Assembly: GCA_032654565.1 (NCBI GenBank)
Contig: JAULAX010000005.1
Coordinates: 96,001 to 160,000, forward strand
Direction: 5' to 3'
Length of the DNA: 64,000 nt
Source of the DNA: Anaeromyxobacteraceae bacterium
GTDB taxonomy: Bacteria > Myxococcota > Myxococcia > Myxococcales > Anaeromyxobacteraceae
In this document: in pieces, positions 9,429-20,203 of the stretch
Numbering within the stretch: the first letter of the stretch is position 1
Layout: the number at the start of each line of letters is the position of its first letter
Translations under genes and position numbers: made by a program
The notes under the pieces: model-generated
What the model was told of the DNA's origin: nothing
The model's database searches: none
Seen by the model: the letters and a program-made list of their open reading frames with translations, nothing else

Positions 9429-11432
9429 TCACCGGGTGGCCGCCGGCTCGCGCTTCACCGAGGCGAACCAGAGGTAGAGGCAGAGCGCCGCGAAGGCCAG
9501 CAGGCTGACGGTCTGGGAGATCGACTCGGTGTCGTAGAAGGGCAGCTTGATCCAGTCCTCGCTGTAGCCCGGGATCATGCGCAGCGCGGCGCCGAAGACC
9601 CCGCCCAGGGCCCCGCCGGCCAGCAGCCCGGAGGCGATGACCACCCCACGCTCGCGCATGGTCCGTCCGGCGTCGCCGCCCACCCGCTCCGACTTGCGGG
9701 TGAGGAAGTGGGCGATGAAGCCGCCCACCAGCGCCGGCGAGTTGAGCTCCAGCGGCAGGTACATGCCGAGGGCGAAGGTGAGCGCCGGGATGGAGAGCAT
9801 CTCCATGATCACGGCGATGACGGCGCCGATGGCGAAGAGCAGGTAGGCCACCGGCTGGTGGCTCATGAACCCCTCCACCAGCACCTTCATCAGGGAGGCC
9901 TGCGGCGACGCCAGCACCGTCCGGGTGTCCCCCGGGGCCGCCTCGCCGAACTGGAAGTAGCGGGCCAACAGCACGATGGTGAGGCCGGCCACCGCCGAGG
10001 CCACCAGCACCCCGAGGAACTTGACCCGCTCCTGCTCCCGCGGCGTCGAGCCCAGCCAGTAGCCGACCTTGAGGTCGGTGACCGTCTGCCCGGAGACCGA
10101 GAGGGCGGTGCAGACCATGCCAGCGATGGCCATGACGAAGAACATGCCGGTGCGGCCGGAGAGGCCGAACTCCAGCAGCACCACCGAGGAGACGATCACC
10201 GTCAGCATGGTCATGCCGGAGACCGGGTTGCGGGCGGTGGTGGCGATGGCGTTGGCGGCCACCGAGGTGAAGAAGAAGGAGAAGAGCAGGACCAGCAGCA
10301 GCCCCACCAGCAGCACGGTGGCGGTGACGCCGAGGTTGCCGAGGAAGATGGCCACCGCCAGCGCCGAGACCACCACCCCGGCCAGGATGGTCATCACCGA
10401 GACGTCGCGGTCGGTCCGCTCCAGGGCCTGCTCGCCGCCGGCCCGGAAGGCCTTGACCGCGATGGCGAAGGAGCCGACCACGATCTTGAGCGACTTGAGG
10501 ATGCCGAAGATGCCAGCGGTGGCGATGGCGCCGACGCCGATGAGCCGGACGTAGCCGCGGAAGATCTGGTTGGCGTCCATGCCGGCGATGGCCTTGGTGC
10601 CCGGGTAGACCGCCTCGGGGACGTGGCTGCCGATGAACCAGATGAGCGGCACCAGCACCAGGTTGGAGAGCACGCCGCCGGCGCAGAGCAGCAGCGACGA
10701 GCGCAGCCCCATCACGTAGCCGAGGCCGAGGATGAAGCCCAGCGCGTCGAAGGAGAGCGTCATCCGCGCCTTCTGGGCCAGCCCCTCGACGGCCGGCAGG
10801 AAGCGCAGGTCGATGGTCTCCTTCCAGACCTGGAAGGTGGTGACGAAGAAGTCGTAGACCGCGGCGATGCCGGTGGCCTGGAGCAGCAGGGCCGCCTGCG
10901 AGCCCCCCTTCTCGCCGGTCACCAGCACCTCGGTGATGGCGGTGGCCTCCGGGTAGGGGAACTGGCCGTGGGTCTCGCGGACGAAGTAGCGGCGCAGCGG
11001 CAGCAGGAAGAGCACCCCCAGCATGCCGCCGGCGATGCAGATGAAGATGGTCTGCCAGGGGTGGGGGTCGAGCTTGAGGATGTAGAGCGCCGGCAGGGTG
11101 AAGACCGCCCCCGCCACCACCGAGCCGGAGACGCCGCCGATGCCGGTGATGATGACGTTCTCCAGCAGCGTGGAGCGGCGCTTGTAGACCCGCCCCAGCC
11201 CGATGGCGAGGATGGAGATGGGGATGGCCGCCTCCATCACCTGCCCGACCTTGAGCCCCGAGTAGGCCGAGGCGGCGGTGAAGATGACGCAGAGGAAGAC
11301 GCCCCAGAGCACCGAGCGCCAGGTCGACTCCGGCACGCTGGCGCTGGCCGGGACCACGGGCTGGTAGACCTGGCCCGGAGCCAGCGGCAGGTAGGCGTTC
11401 TCCGGGAGTGATCTCGTCTCGGTGGCTTCCAT
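9429..11432 (-). CDS. OPT family oligopeptide transporter (tandem paralogue)
   Basis: YSGLKVG, FPYPEATA, DLKVGYWLGSTPR, SPQA and LGMYLP motifs. Confidence 0.92.
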   Translation of the reverse strand: MEATETRSLPENAYLPLAPGQVYQPVVPASASVPESTWRSVLWGVFLCVIFTAASAYSGLKVGQVMEAAIPISILAIGLGRVYKRRSTLLENVIITGIGGVSGSVVAGAVFTLPALYILKLDPHPWQTIFICIAGGMLGVLFLLPLRRYFVRETHGQFPYPEATAITEVLVTGEKGGSQAALLLQATGIAAVYDFFVTTFQVWKETIDLRFLPAVEGLAQKARMTLSFDALGFILGLGYVMGLRSSLLLCAGGVLSNLVLVPLIWFIGSHVPEAVYPGTKAIAGMDANQIFRGYVRLIGVGAIATAGIFGILKSLKIVVGSFAIAVKAFRAGGEQALERTDRDVSVMTILAGVVVSALAVAIFLGNLGVTATVLLVGLLLVLLFSFFFTSVAANAIATTARNPVSGMTMLTVIVSSVVLLEFGLSGRTGMFFVMAIAGMVCTALSVSGQTVTDLKVGYWLGSTPREQERVKFLGVLVASAVAGLTIVLLARYFQFGEAAPGDTRTVLASPQASLMKVLVEGFMSHQPVAYLLFAIGAVIAVIMEMLSIPALTFALGMYLPLELNSPALVGGFIAHFLTRKSERVGGDAGRTMRERGVVIASGLLAGGALGGVFGAALRMIPGYSEDWIKLPFYDTESISQTVSLLAFAALCLYLWFASVKREPAATR

Positions 11433-11576
11433 CCGGTCTCCGGCTCCCTGGGCCCTCGGCCCCGTTGGCGGCGCAGTCTAGAGCACATCCCCCCGGCTCG
11501 CAGCAGGCTTCGGGACGGCGGGGGGCGCCGCCGGAAGGGCGTGATCTCCGGCGCCGGCCGGCTTAAGGGTGTGTCC

Positions 11577-12923
11577 ATGCCCGACGAGACCCTGCTGACC
11601 CGGACCACCGCCACCGCCATCCTCGGCATCGACACCCTCTTCGGCGGGGACGTGCTCGACCCCTCCGGCACCGGCCGCTTCATCGCCGACAGCTGGTTCT
11701 CCGACCAGCCGCTCCCGGCCGCCTACACCCACCCGGCCGCGGCGGCGCTGCGCAAGGCGGGCGGGGTGGCCGCCAAGGCCCCCGACCTGGCCGCGCTCGA
11801 CGCCTACCTGGCCGCGGTCGACGTGGCGGCGGCGGTGAAGGAGCTGGCCCGGCTGGCGGGGACCATCGGCGGCCTGCGCGGCGCCTACCTCGGCGGCATG
11901 GCCGACAGCCTGCAGGCCATGGTGGAGCTGGCGCTCGAGCTGGTCGGCCGCGGCCCCAAGGTGGACTACGACCGCTGCGTGGTCACCTCCACCGGCAAGC
12001 CCCCCGAGCCCTCCTCCCCCGAGGCCAAGCGCCGCCGGGTCGCCGAGCTGCTGGCCAAGGCCGGCTACCGCGCCGGCACGCCGGAGGAGCTGCTGGCGGC
12101 CGTCGACGCCTGGCGCGCCGACCGGCTGGTGCCGAAGAAGTCGATCGCCCAGCTGGCCGACGCCTTCATCGCCCAGCTCGACGAGGGGACGCGGCGCCAC
12201 CTCGTCCCCCACCTGCCGGCCTCGCTCCACGCCGTGCCGCGGGCCAACATCACCTTCCTCCCCATCACCGACGCCTGGTTCTCCGGCTCGATGAACTACG
12301 TGGGGCGGGCCCGGAACGCCGACGGCTCGCCGCAGTACGAGGCCACCTACGAGATCAACGCCTCGCTGGAGATCTCGGTCCCCGAGTTCGCCCAGCTGGT
12401 GAGCCACGAGGTGGTGCCGGGCCACGTCACCAACTTCGCGCTCACCCAGGGGCTCTCCGTGGCCGGGAAGCTGGGCTTCGAGGCCACCGTGCTCACCATG
12501 AACACCCGCGGCGCCGCGCTCTCCGAGGGGATCGCCAACAACGCCATCCTGATGGCCTTCGGGGTCACCGAGGTGGAGCAGCTGCCCGACGCCGACCTGC
12601 AGCTCGGCACCCTGCTGGCGCTGCTGCAGGACGACGCCAAGAACCAGTCGTCCTGGCTCACCTGGCGGGAGCAGCGGCCCCAGGCCGAGGTGGCGGCCAC
12701 GCTGCGGCGCGACTTCCTCTGCTCGGCCGAGCGGGCCGACAAGCTCTCCGGCGCCTGGGGGCGCCACCCGCTGCTGGGGCGCATGTACCTGCCCGCCTAC
12801 CGGGCCGGCACCGAGAAGGTGGCCGAGCTGCGCCGCCGCCACCCGCCGGAGAAGGTCATCCCGGCGCTCTACAACGTCAACGGCCTGGTGGACCTCGTCA
12901 CCATCGACCAGGTGCTCCGGTGA
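11577..12923 (+). CDS. Uncharacterised protein with a DUF885-like HExxPGH motif (possible metallopeptidase-fold protein)
   Basis: SHEVVPGH followed by LSEGIA; coding-like GC3 bias; divergent from the OPT operon. Confidence 0.6.
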   Translation: MPDETLLTRTTATAILGIDTLFGGDVLDPSGTGRFIADSWFSDQPLPAAYTHPAAAALRKAGGVAAKAPDLAALDAYLAAVDVAAAVKELARLAGTIGGLRGAYLGGMADSLQAMVELALELVGRGPKVDYDRCVVTSTGKPPEPSSPEAKRRRVAELLAKAGYRAGTPEELLAAVDAWRADRLVPKKSIAQLADAFIAQLDEGTRRHLVPHLPASLHAVPRANITFLPITDAWFSGSMNYVGRARNADGSPQYEATYEINASLEISVPEFAQLVSHEVVPGHVTNFALTQGLSVAGKLGFEATVLTMNTRGAALSEGIANNAILMAFGVTEVEQLPDADLQLGTLLALLQDDAKNQSSWLTWREQRPQAEVAATLRRDFLCSAERADKLSGAWGRHPLLGRMYLPAYRAGTEKVAELRRRHPPEKVIPALYNVNGLVDLVTIDQVLR

Positions 12924-13475
12924 GCGCCCGGAGCCTGCTCCTGCTGGCGGCGCTGCTCCTCCCCTCGCCGGCGCCGGCCGCGCCGACCCGCGGCCCCGAC
13001 CCCGCCTCCGGCCGCGGCGACGGCCCCGGCGGTCGACCGCTGGGCGCCGCTGCGCCCCCTGCTCGGGGAGTGGGTGGGCGAGCCCTCCGGCCGCCCCGGC
13101 GAGCCGCTGTCGAGCGCCGCCGCCTTCGAGCTGCAGCTCAAGGACGGCATCCTGGTGCGGCGCCACGTGGCCCAGCTGCCGGCCCGGGCCGCCGGGGCCC
13201 CGTCCACCGTCCACGAGGACCTGCTGGTGATCTGGCCCGACGGCGACGGCTTCCGCGCCACCTCCTGGGACAACGAGGGGCACGTCATCGCCTACGTGGT
13301 GAAGGCCACCGCCGAGGCGGTGGTCTTCGACACCGAGCCGGGCGCCCCGCGCCGCTTCCGGCTCGAGTACCGCTTCCGCCCCGACGGCGGCCAGGCCATC
13401 ACCTTCTCCTTCGCCCGGCCCGGCGGCGAGCTCACGCCCTACACCAGCGGCGGCGCCCACCGCCGCGCCAGGTAG
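12920..13475 (+). pseudogene. Secreted beta-barrel-like hypothetical protein with an apparent +1 frameshift near 12987-12989
   Basis: The signal peptide (MSARSLLLLAALLL) is in the 12920 frame, while the globular part (DRWAPLRPLLGEWVGE...WDNEGHVIAY) is in another frame with no ATG/GTG before it. Confidence 0.55.
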
Positions 13476-13480
13476 GCGGC

Positions 13481-14686
13481 GTGGCCCGGCTGGCGCTGTC
13501 GCTGGCGGAGGCCCGCCGGGTGGCGCTGGCCGCGCAGGGGTTCGGGCGCCCCCGCCCGGCCCACCCCACCGCCCGCCACCTGCTGGCCACGGTCCGCCGG
13601 CTCGGCCTGCTGCAGTTCGACTCGGTCGGCGTGCTGGCGCCGGCCCACTACCAGCCGCTCTTCTCGCGCCTCGGCCCCTACGACCGGGCGCTGCTCGACG
13701 ACCTGACCTACCGGCGCCGCCTCCTCACCGAGCAGTGGGCCCATGAGGCCTCGATCATCCCGGTCGAGACCTGGCCGCTGCTGCGCCACCGGATGGAGGC
13801 GCACCGGCTCAGGCCGGACGGCTTCGAGCGCCAGCTGGCGCGCCACCCGGACTACGCCGGCGCGGTGCTCGAGGCGGTGCGGGCCCGCGGTCCGCTGGCC
13901 GCCGAGGACCTGGAGCATCCCCCCGGCTCGGAGCGCCGGCTGGCGGTCGACTGGTACGGCACCTTCCCGCGGGCCACGCTCGAGGCCTTCTTCGGCCGCG
14001 GCGAGCTGGCCGTGGCGGGGCGGCTGCGCAACATGGCGCGGCGGTACGATCTCGCCGAGCGGGTCATCCCCGCCAGCGCGCTGGCGCGGCGGGTCACGCC
14101 CGCCGAGGCCCGGCGGGCGCTGCTGGAGCAGGCGGCCCGCGCCACCGGCGTCGGCACCGTGCGCGACCTGGCCGACTACTTCCGCATGCGCACCGCCGAG
14201 GCCCGGCCGCACCTCGACGAGCTGCGGGAGGCCGGGGTGCTCCGCGCCGTCCGGGTCGAGGGCTGGCGCGAGCCCGCCCTGCTCCACGCCGAGGCGGTCC
14301 TGCCTCGCCGCCTCGAGGCGGCGGCGCTGCTCTCGCCCTTCGACCCGGTGGTCTGGTTCCGGCCGCGCGCGCTCCGGCTCTTCGGCCTCGACCACCGGCT
14401 GGAGATCTACACGCCGGCGCCGAAGCGGCGCTGGGGCTACTACGTCCTCCCCTTCCTGCTCGGCGACCGGCTGGTGGCGCGGCTCGACCTGCGCGCCGAC
14501 CGGGAGACGGGGCGGCTGCTGGTGCTGGCGGCCCACCTCGAGGACGGGCACCGGGCCGGCGAGGTGACCGGTCCGCTGGCCGCCGAGCTGGGGCAGCTGG
14601 CCAGCTGGCTCGGGCTCGACGAGGTGCGGGTGGCGCGGCGGGGGAGGCTGGCGGCGGCGCTCGCGGCCGAGGTCCGGGCGCGCTAA
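13481..14686 (+). CDS. ycaQ: YcaQ/AlkZ-like winged-helix DNA glycosylase family protein
   Basis: ARRVALAAQG, LQFDSV (QxD motif), LFSRLGPY, WAHEAS, LLSPFDP and WGYYVLPFL motifs. Confidence 0.85.
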   Translation: MARLALSLAEARRVALAAQGFGRPRPAHPTARHLLATVRRLGLLQFDSVGVLAPAHYQPLFSRLGPYDRALLDDLTYRRRLLTEQWAHEASIIPVETWPLLRHRMEAHRLRPDGFERQLARHPDYAGAVLEAVRARGPLAAEDLEHPPGSERRLAVDWYGTFPRATLEAFFGRGELAVAGRLRNMARRYDLAERVIPASALARRVTPAEARRALLEQAARATGVGTVRDLADYFRMRTAEARPHLDELREAGVLRAVRVEGWREPALLHAEAVLPRRLEAAALLSPFDPVVWFRPRALRLFGLDHRLEIYTPAPKRRWGYYVLPFLLGDRLVARLDLRADRETGRLLVLAAHLEDGHRAGEVTGPLAAELGQLASWLGLDEVRVARRGRLAAALAAEVRAR

Positions 14687-14695
14687 GGACAGGGG

Positions 14696-15079
<384 letters not shown>

Positions 15080-15090
15080 GACGGGCCGAC

Positions 15091-15768
15091 GTGGCGCGCC
15101 ACCGCGACGAGCCGGGCTGGGAGGCGGCGCTGGCCGCGCAGCTGGCGACCGGCGCGCTGCCCGGCGACGCCCGCTTCGACCGGCTCTTCGGCGAGCGGCT
15201 GGTCCCGCTGGCCGCCCTCCATTTCACGCCGGTGGCGGTGGCGGCGCGCGCCGCTGCCTGGTTGACGGAGGGTGGAGCGACCCAGGTGGCCGACCTCGGC
15301 GCCGGGGCCGGCAAGTTCTGCCTGGTGGGGGCGGCGGTGACCGGCGCCACCTTCACCGGCCTGGAGGCGCGCCAGGGGCTGGTCCGGATCGCCCGCGACG
15401 CCGCCCGCCGGCTCGGGCTCGCCACCGCCCGCTTCACGGTGGCCGACGTCCTCACCGCGCCGCTCGGCCGCTACCAGGCCTTCTACGTCTGCAACCCGTT
15501 CGCCGAGGCGGAGGCCGAGCCGGACGAGTGGCTCGACGCCGACCTGCCGGCCCTGGACAAGGCGGCCGCCGCCGCGGCCCTCGCGGCCCGCCTCGACGCC
15601 CTGCCGCCCGGGACCCGCGTCGCCGTCCACTGCGGCCTCGGCGCCCCCATGCCGGGGGGCTACCGGCTGGCCTCGAGCGAGCCGCTCGGCCGCCGCGGCG
15701 CGCTGCTGGAGTGCTGGGTGCGGGGGCACGGGCCATGCACATCGCCAGGAGCGAAAGGATGTGCCTGA
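15091..15768 (+). CDS. Class I SAM-dependent methyltransferase
   Basis: HFTP, VADLGAGAGKF SAM-binding motif, YVCNPF. Confidence 0.75.
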   Translation: MARHRDEPGWEAALAAQLATGALPGDARFDRLFGERLVPLAALHFTPVAVAARAAAWLTEGGATQVADLGAGAGKFCLVGAAVTGATFTGLEARQGLVRIARDAARRLGLATARFTVADVLTAPLGRYQAFYVCNPFAEAEAEPDEWLDADLPALDKAAAAAALAARLDALPPGTRVAVHCGLGAPMPGGYRLASSEPLGRRGALLECWVRGHGPCTSPGAKGCA

Positions 15769-16142
15769 TGAGAACTCTTCTGGGGATGCTGGTGGGATTG
15801 TCGCTGGCCGGGTGCCTGGCGACCGTGGGACCCGACGGCCGGGTGGTGGGCGGTGAGGCCAGCTTCTCGCTGGTGCTCCCGCAGGTGCTCCCGCCGCTGG
15901 TGGTGGTGCAGCCGGGCATCAGCGTGGTCAGCGACATGGACCATGAAGTCTTCTATTCCGACGGCTACTACTGGGCGCGGCAGGACCGGGGCTGGTACCG
16001 CTCGCAGGACCACCGCCGCGGCTGGACCTACGTCGAGGAGCGCCACGTCCCGACGGTGATCGTCCGGTCGCCCCCGGGCCAGTACCGGCGCTACCACGGT
16101 GAGGGCCACCGCCCCGACCCGCGCGACAAGGACCGCCGCTAG
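15768..16142 (+). CDS. Small lipoprotein, hypothetical
   Basis: AAAGGA RBS; lipobox LAGC; aromatic-rich YSDGYYW...WY segment. Confidence 0.75.
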   Translation: MRTLLGMLVGLSLAGCLATVGPDGRVVGGEASFSLVLPQVLPPLVVVQPGISVVSDMDHEVFYSDGYYWARQDRGWYRSQDHRRGWTYVEERHVPTVIVRSPPGQYRRYHGEGHRPDPRDKDRR

Positions 16143-16287
16143 TCGCCGGCCGCCCCCCGTTTGCGAACGTTCGTGAACGGGGCGGCGGGCGTCGAATCCC
16201 GGGCAAAGGGGAGGCGCGGCGACGCGCCTTGGGGTATTCCTCCTGCGCCCGCGCCCTGGAAGCGCGGCGAACCCCAGGGAGCCCGCC

Positions 16288-16653
16288 ATGTCCACCACCC
16301 CCGCCCGCGCCCTCGACACCTTCCCCAACCCCAAGCCGGGCCGCCCGTACCAGATCGCCATGGTCTGCCCGGAGTTCACCTGCGTCTGCCCCAAGACCGG
16401 CCAGCCCGACTTCGCCACCATCCGGCTCCGCTACGTCCCCAACAAGACCTGCGTCGAGCTCAAGAGCCTCAAGCTCTACCTCTGGTCGTTCCGCGACGAG
16501 GGGACCTTCCACGAGGCGGTCACCAACCGCATCTGTGACGACCTGGTGAAGGCCATCGCCCCGCGCTGGATCGAGGTGGAGGGCGACTTCGCCGTCCGCG
16601 GCGGGATCCACACCGTGGTGACCGCCCGCCACGGCAAGCGCCCGGCCGAATAG
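16288..16653 (+). CDS. queF: preQ1 synthase (7-cyano-7-deazaguanine reductase), unimodular
   Basis: [26 protein letters not shown] and VRGGI motifs. Confidence 0.96.
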   Translation: MSTTPARALDTFPNPKPGRPYQIAMVCPEFTCVCPKTGQPDFATIRLRYVPNKTCVELKSLKLYLWSFRDEGTFHEAVTNRICDDLVKAIAPRWIEVEGDFAVRGGIHTVVTARHGKRPAE

Positions 16654-16701
16654 GTCGCCCCCTTCCCTTCGCCACGAGAGACCGGGCTAGAATCCACGCG
16701 C

Positions 16702-18606
16702 GTGTCGCCGCCCGCTCCGCACCCCGTCTTCGATCCCGCCTCGCTGGTCGGCACGACCCTCGACGGCCAGTACCGGATCGACAGCCACCTCGCCTCCGGC
16801 GGGATGGGGGCGGTCTTCCGCGCCCACCACCTCTCGCTGCGCAAGGACGTGGCGCTCAAGGTGCTGCGGCCCGAGCTCACCTCCTCGCTCGAGCTGCAGG
16901 AGCGCTTCCGGCGCGAGTCGGAGATCGCCGCCTCGCTGGAGCACCGCCACATCGTCCGCGTCACCGACTTCCGCCGCTCCCCCGAGGGGCTGCTCTACCT
17001 GGCCATGGAGCTGCTCGACGGCGAGAGCCTCTTCGACCGGCTGCGCCGCGAGGGCTTCCTGCCCCCCGACGAGGCGGTGCAGATCCTCTGGCAGCTCTGC
17101 GACGGGCTGGAGGCCGCCCACGCCAAGGGGGTGGTCCACCGCGACCTCAAGCCGGAGAACGTCTTCATGGCGCGCGGCCCGGGCGGCGAGGTGGTGAAGA
17201 TCCTCGACTTCGGCATCGCCAAGATGGCCGACCCCGGCCCCGGCGCCTCCACCCAGTCGGGGATGGTGGTGGGCACGCCCGAGTACCTCTCGCCCGAGCA
17301 GGCCACCGGCTCGGCCATCGACGCCCGCGCCGACCTCTACACGGTGGGGCTGATCGGCTGGCGGATGCTCTCCGGCCACCACCCCTTCAAGGCCGAGGAC
17401 GCCCGCGGCCTGCTGATGATGCAGGCCACCCGCCCGGTGCCGCCGCTGGCCGACATCCGCGCCGACTTCGCCGCCTACCCGCTGCTGGCGGCCACCATCG
17501 CCCGCGCCTGCCAGAAGGACCCGGCGGCGCGCTACCAGTCGGCCGCCGAGTTCAAGGCCGATCTCGGCGCCGTGCTCGACCACGGCCTCGGGCTCCTGCC
17601 CACCGCCACCCCGCCGCCCGCGGTCAGCTACACCTCGCTCTCCCCCGAGCCCTCGACCCTCTCGCCGGCGCTGGCGCCGGGCTCCACCATCCAGCTCGGC
17701 GCGCCCTACCTGACCGACCCGGGACGCCCCGCCGAGCCGCTGGTCCCACCGCTCACCCGCCGGGTCGAGGCGCGGCTGCGCCGCCACCCCCGCCTCGCCA
17801 TCGGCCTCGGCCTGCTGCTGGTGCTGCTGGCCGGCGGTGGCGCCCTGGCGGCGGTGCGGGTCCACCGGGCCACGCTGGCCCGCGAGGAGGCGGCCCGGGT
17901 CCAGGCGCTGGCCCAGGCCGAGGCCGACAAGGCCCGCCGCGAGGCGGCGGCGGCCGCCGAGGCGGCGCAGCGGGTGGCGGCCATGCGCCTGCCGGTCGAG
18001 GAGGCGGAGCGGGAGCTGCTGGCCGGCCGCCCGGCCAAGGCCCGGGCGCTGCTCGCCCCCCTTCTCCAGTCGCGCGCCGACGAGCCGGTTCTCCACGAGC
18101 AGCTCGGCCACGCCTGGCATGACGAGGGCCAGTTCACCCACGCCTTCGACGAGTGGACCACGGCGCTGGCCCTGGCCCCGCTCGACCGGCCCACGCTCGA
18201 CCACCTGGTGGCCGACCTCGACCGCGAGAAGTCGGTGGCCGACCGGGCCGCCCACCTGCTGGTCCACGCCGGCCCCGCCGCCGGCCCGGCGCTGGCCGCC
18301 ATCTCGCCCCGCGCCCCGGCCATGGCCAGGCTGCGGGCCCTGGCGGTGGCGAGGGAGATCGGCCCGGCCGCCAAGGTGGACGTCGGGGCCGGCTACCTGG
18401 CCCTGCTCGGCGACGCCGACTGCGAGGTGCGCAAGGCGGCGGCGCGCGCGGTGGCCGAGCTGCACGAGCGGCGGGCCCTGAGCCGACTCCGCCAGCTCTC
18501 CGAGGCGCGCGACACGCGCCGGCTGGGCAGCATCATCATCGGCTCCAAGCCCTCCTGCGGCGCCGTCGAGGCCGCCGAGGCCATCCGGCGGGTCGAGGGG
18601 CGCTAG
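16702..18606 (+). CDS. Membrane Ser/Thr protein kinase with C-terminal TPR/HEAT-like repeats
   Basis: ASGGMGAVF, VALK, HRDLKPEN, DFG, GTPEYLSPE; one TM helix followed by helical repeats. Confidence 0.92.
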   Translation: MSPPAPHPVFDPASLVGTTLDGQYRIDSHLASGGMGAVFRAHHLSLRKDVALKVLRPELTSSLELQERFRRESEIAASLEHRHIVRVTDFRRSPEGLLYLAMELLDGESLFDRLRREGFLPPDEAVQILWQLCDGLEAAHAKGVVHRDLKPENVFMARGPGGEVVKILDFGIAKMADPGPGASTQSGMVVGTPEYLSPEQATGSAIDARADLYTVGLIGWRMLSGHHPFKAEDARGLLMMQATRPVPPLADIRADFAAYPLLAATIARACQKDPAARYQSAAEFKADLGAVLDHGLGLLPTATPPPAVSYTSLSPEPSTLSPALAPGSTIQLGAPYLTDPGRPAEPLVPPLTRRVEARLRRHPRLAIGLGLLLVLLAGGGALAAVRVHRATLAREEAARVQALAQAEADKARREAAAAAEAAQRVAAMRLPVEEAERELLAGRPAKARALLAPLLQSRADEPVLHEQLGHAWHDEGQFTHAFDEWTTALALAPLDRPTLDHLVADLDREKSVADRAAHLLVHAGPAAGPALAAISPRAPAMARLRALAVAREIGPAAKVDVGAGYLALLGDADCEVRKAAARAVAELHERRALSRLRQLSEARDTRRLGSIIIGSKPSCGAVEAAEAIRRVEGR

Positions 18607-18654
18607 CCCCGCTCGCCACTCCCCGGGGCTCGCCCCGGGATCCGAGGAGCACGC

Positions 18655-20190
18655 ATGGTGAAGCTCGATTCGATCCCGGTGAAGCTGTCCGGCGCCGCGC
18701 CGCACACCCTCCCGGCGGCGGCGCTGGCCCTGCCACTCACCGAGGAGCAGGTGGCCCGGCCCGGCGGCCTGCTGCTGGAGGTCGACCAGGCGCTGGGCGG
18801 CCGGCTCCTGCCGGCCCTGGCCGCGGAGCGCTTCGAGGGGAAGGCCGGCCAGCAGCTGCTCCTGCCCACCCTGGGGCGGGCCCGCGCCGAGCGGGTGGTG
18901 CTGCTCGGCCTCGGCCCGCGGACCCCGTCGGGCGGCGCCGACGACGGCTTCGAGGCGCTGCGGATGGCCGCCGGGAAGGCGGCCCGGGCCGTCCACGCCG
19001 GGCGGCTGGTGCTGGCGCTCCCGGAGGTGGCGGAGCGTCACCTGGCGGCGGCGGCGCGCGCCGCGGTGGAGGGGGCGCTGCTCGGCGCCTATCGCTTCGA
19101 GGCCTACCGGGCCGCGCCCGGGAAGGGGCCGGCCGGGCTGGCCGCGCTCACCCTGGCGGTGCCGGCCGGGGCGGCCCGACGCCGCCCGGTGCTCGACGAG
19201 GTGGCGCTGGCGCGGACCATCGCCCTGGCGGTGGCCGGGGCCCGCGACCTCGTCAACCTCGGGCCGGCCCAGTGCACCCCCCGCCTGCTGGCCGACGCCG
19301 CCGCCCGGGCCGCCAGGGGCTCCGGCCTGGCCTGCCAGGTCCGCGGGGAGCGGCAGATCGCGGCGCTGAAGATGGGGCTCTTCCTCGGCGTCACCCGCGG
19401 CTCGGCCGAGCCGCCGCGGCTGGTGACGCTGGCGTGGCGGCCGCGCGGCGCCGCCGCCAGGGCCCGCCCGGTGGTGCTGGTGGGCAAGGCGGTCACCTTC
19501 GACTCCGGCGGCCTCTCGCTCAAGCCGTCCGAGTCGATGACCACCATGCACACCGACATGGCCGGCAGCGCCGCGGTGATCGCCGCCATGCGGGTGATCG
19601 CCACGCTGCGCCCCGCCTTCCCGGTCATCGGCGTCTTCGGCGCCTGCGAGAACATGCCGGGCGGGCGCGCCTACAAGCCCTCCGACGTGCTCACCGCCTT
19701 CGGCGGCCAGACCGTGGAGATCACCAACACCGACGCCGAGGGGCGGCTGGTGCTGGGCGACGTGCTGGCCTGGTCGGCGCGCAGCTTCAGGCCGGCGGCC
19801 ATGATCGACGTGGCCACGCTCACCGGCGCCTGCATGGTGGCCCTCGGCCCCAGCACCGCCGGCGCCATGGGGCCGGACGGGCCGGTGATCGACGGGCTGC
19901 TGGCGGCGGCGCGGCGGGCCGGCGAGGACACCTGGCGGCTGCCGCTGGTGCCGCTGCTCGAGGAGCAGCTGAAGAGCGAGCGGGCCGACCTGAAGAACGC
20001 CGGCGACCGGCTGGGCGGGGCCATGAGCGCCGCCCTCTTCCTCAAGCGCTTCGTGGGCCAGGTGCCCTGGGCCCACCTCGACATCGCCGGGCCGTCGCAC
20101 ACCGTGAAGGAGCGCGGCTACCTGGCCGCCGGCGGCACCGGCTTCGCGGTCCGCACCCTGGTGGAGTTCGTGCGCGGGTGGGCGGGCTGA
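18655..20190 (+). CDS. pepA: Leucyl aminopeptidase (M17)
   Basis: GKAVTFDSGG, DMAG, NTDAEGRL, DVATLTGA and HLDIAG motifs. Confidence 0.93.
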   Translation: MVKLDSIPVKLSGAAPHTLPAAALALPLTEEQVARPGGLLLEVDQALGGRLLPALAAERFEGKAGQQLLLPTLGRARAERVVLLGLGPRTPSGGADDGFEALRMAAGKAARAVHAGRLVLALPEVAERHLAAAARAAVEGALLGAYRFEAYRAAPGKGPAGLAALTLAVPAGAARRRPVLDEVALARTIALAVAGARDLVNLGPAQCTPRLLADAAARAARGSGLACQVRGERQIAALKMGLFLGVTRGSAEPPRLVTLAWRPRGAAARARPVVLVGKAVTFDSGGLSLKPSESMTTMHTDMAGSAAVIAAMRVIATLRPAFPVIGVFGACENMPGGRAYKPSDVLTAFGGQTVEITNTDAEGRLVLGDVLAWSARSFRPAAMIDVATLTGACMVALGPSTAGAMGPDGPVIDGLLAAARRAGEDTWRLPLVPLLEEQLKSERADLKNAGDRLGGAMSAALFLKRFVGQVPWAHLDIAGPSHTVKERGYLAAGGTGFAVRTLVEFVRGWAG

Positions 20191-20203
20191 TGCGAGGCGC
20201 GCC

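Noticed and set aside
16143..16287. preQ1 riboswitch upstream of queF
   Set aside because: No recognisable preQ1 stem-loop or A-rich tail; the region is GC-rich.
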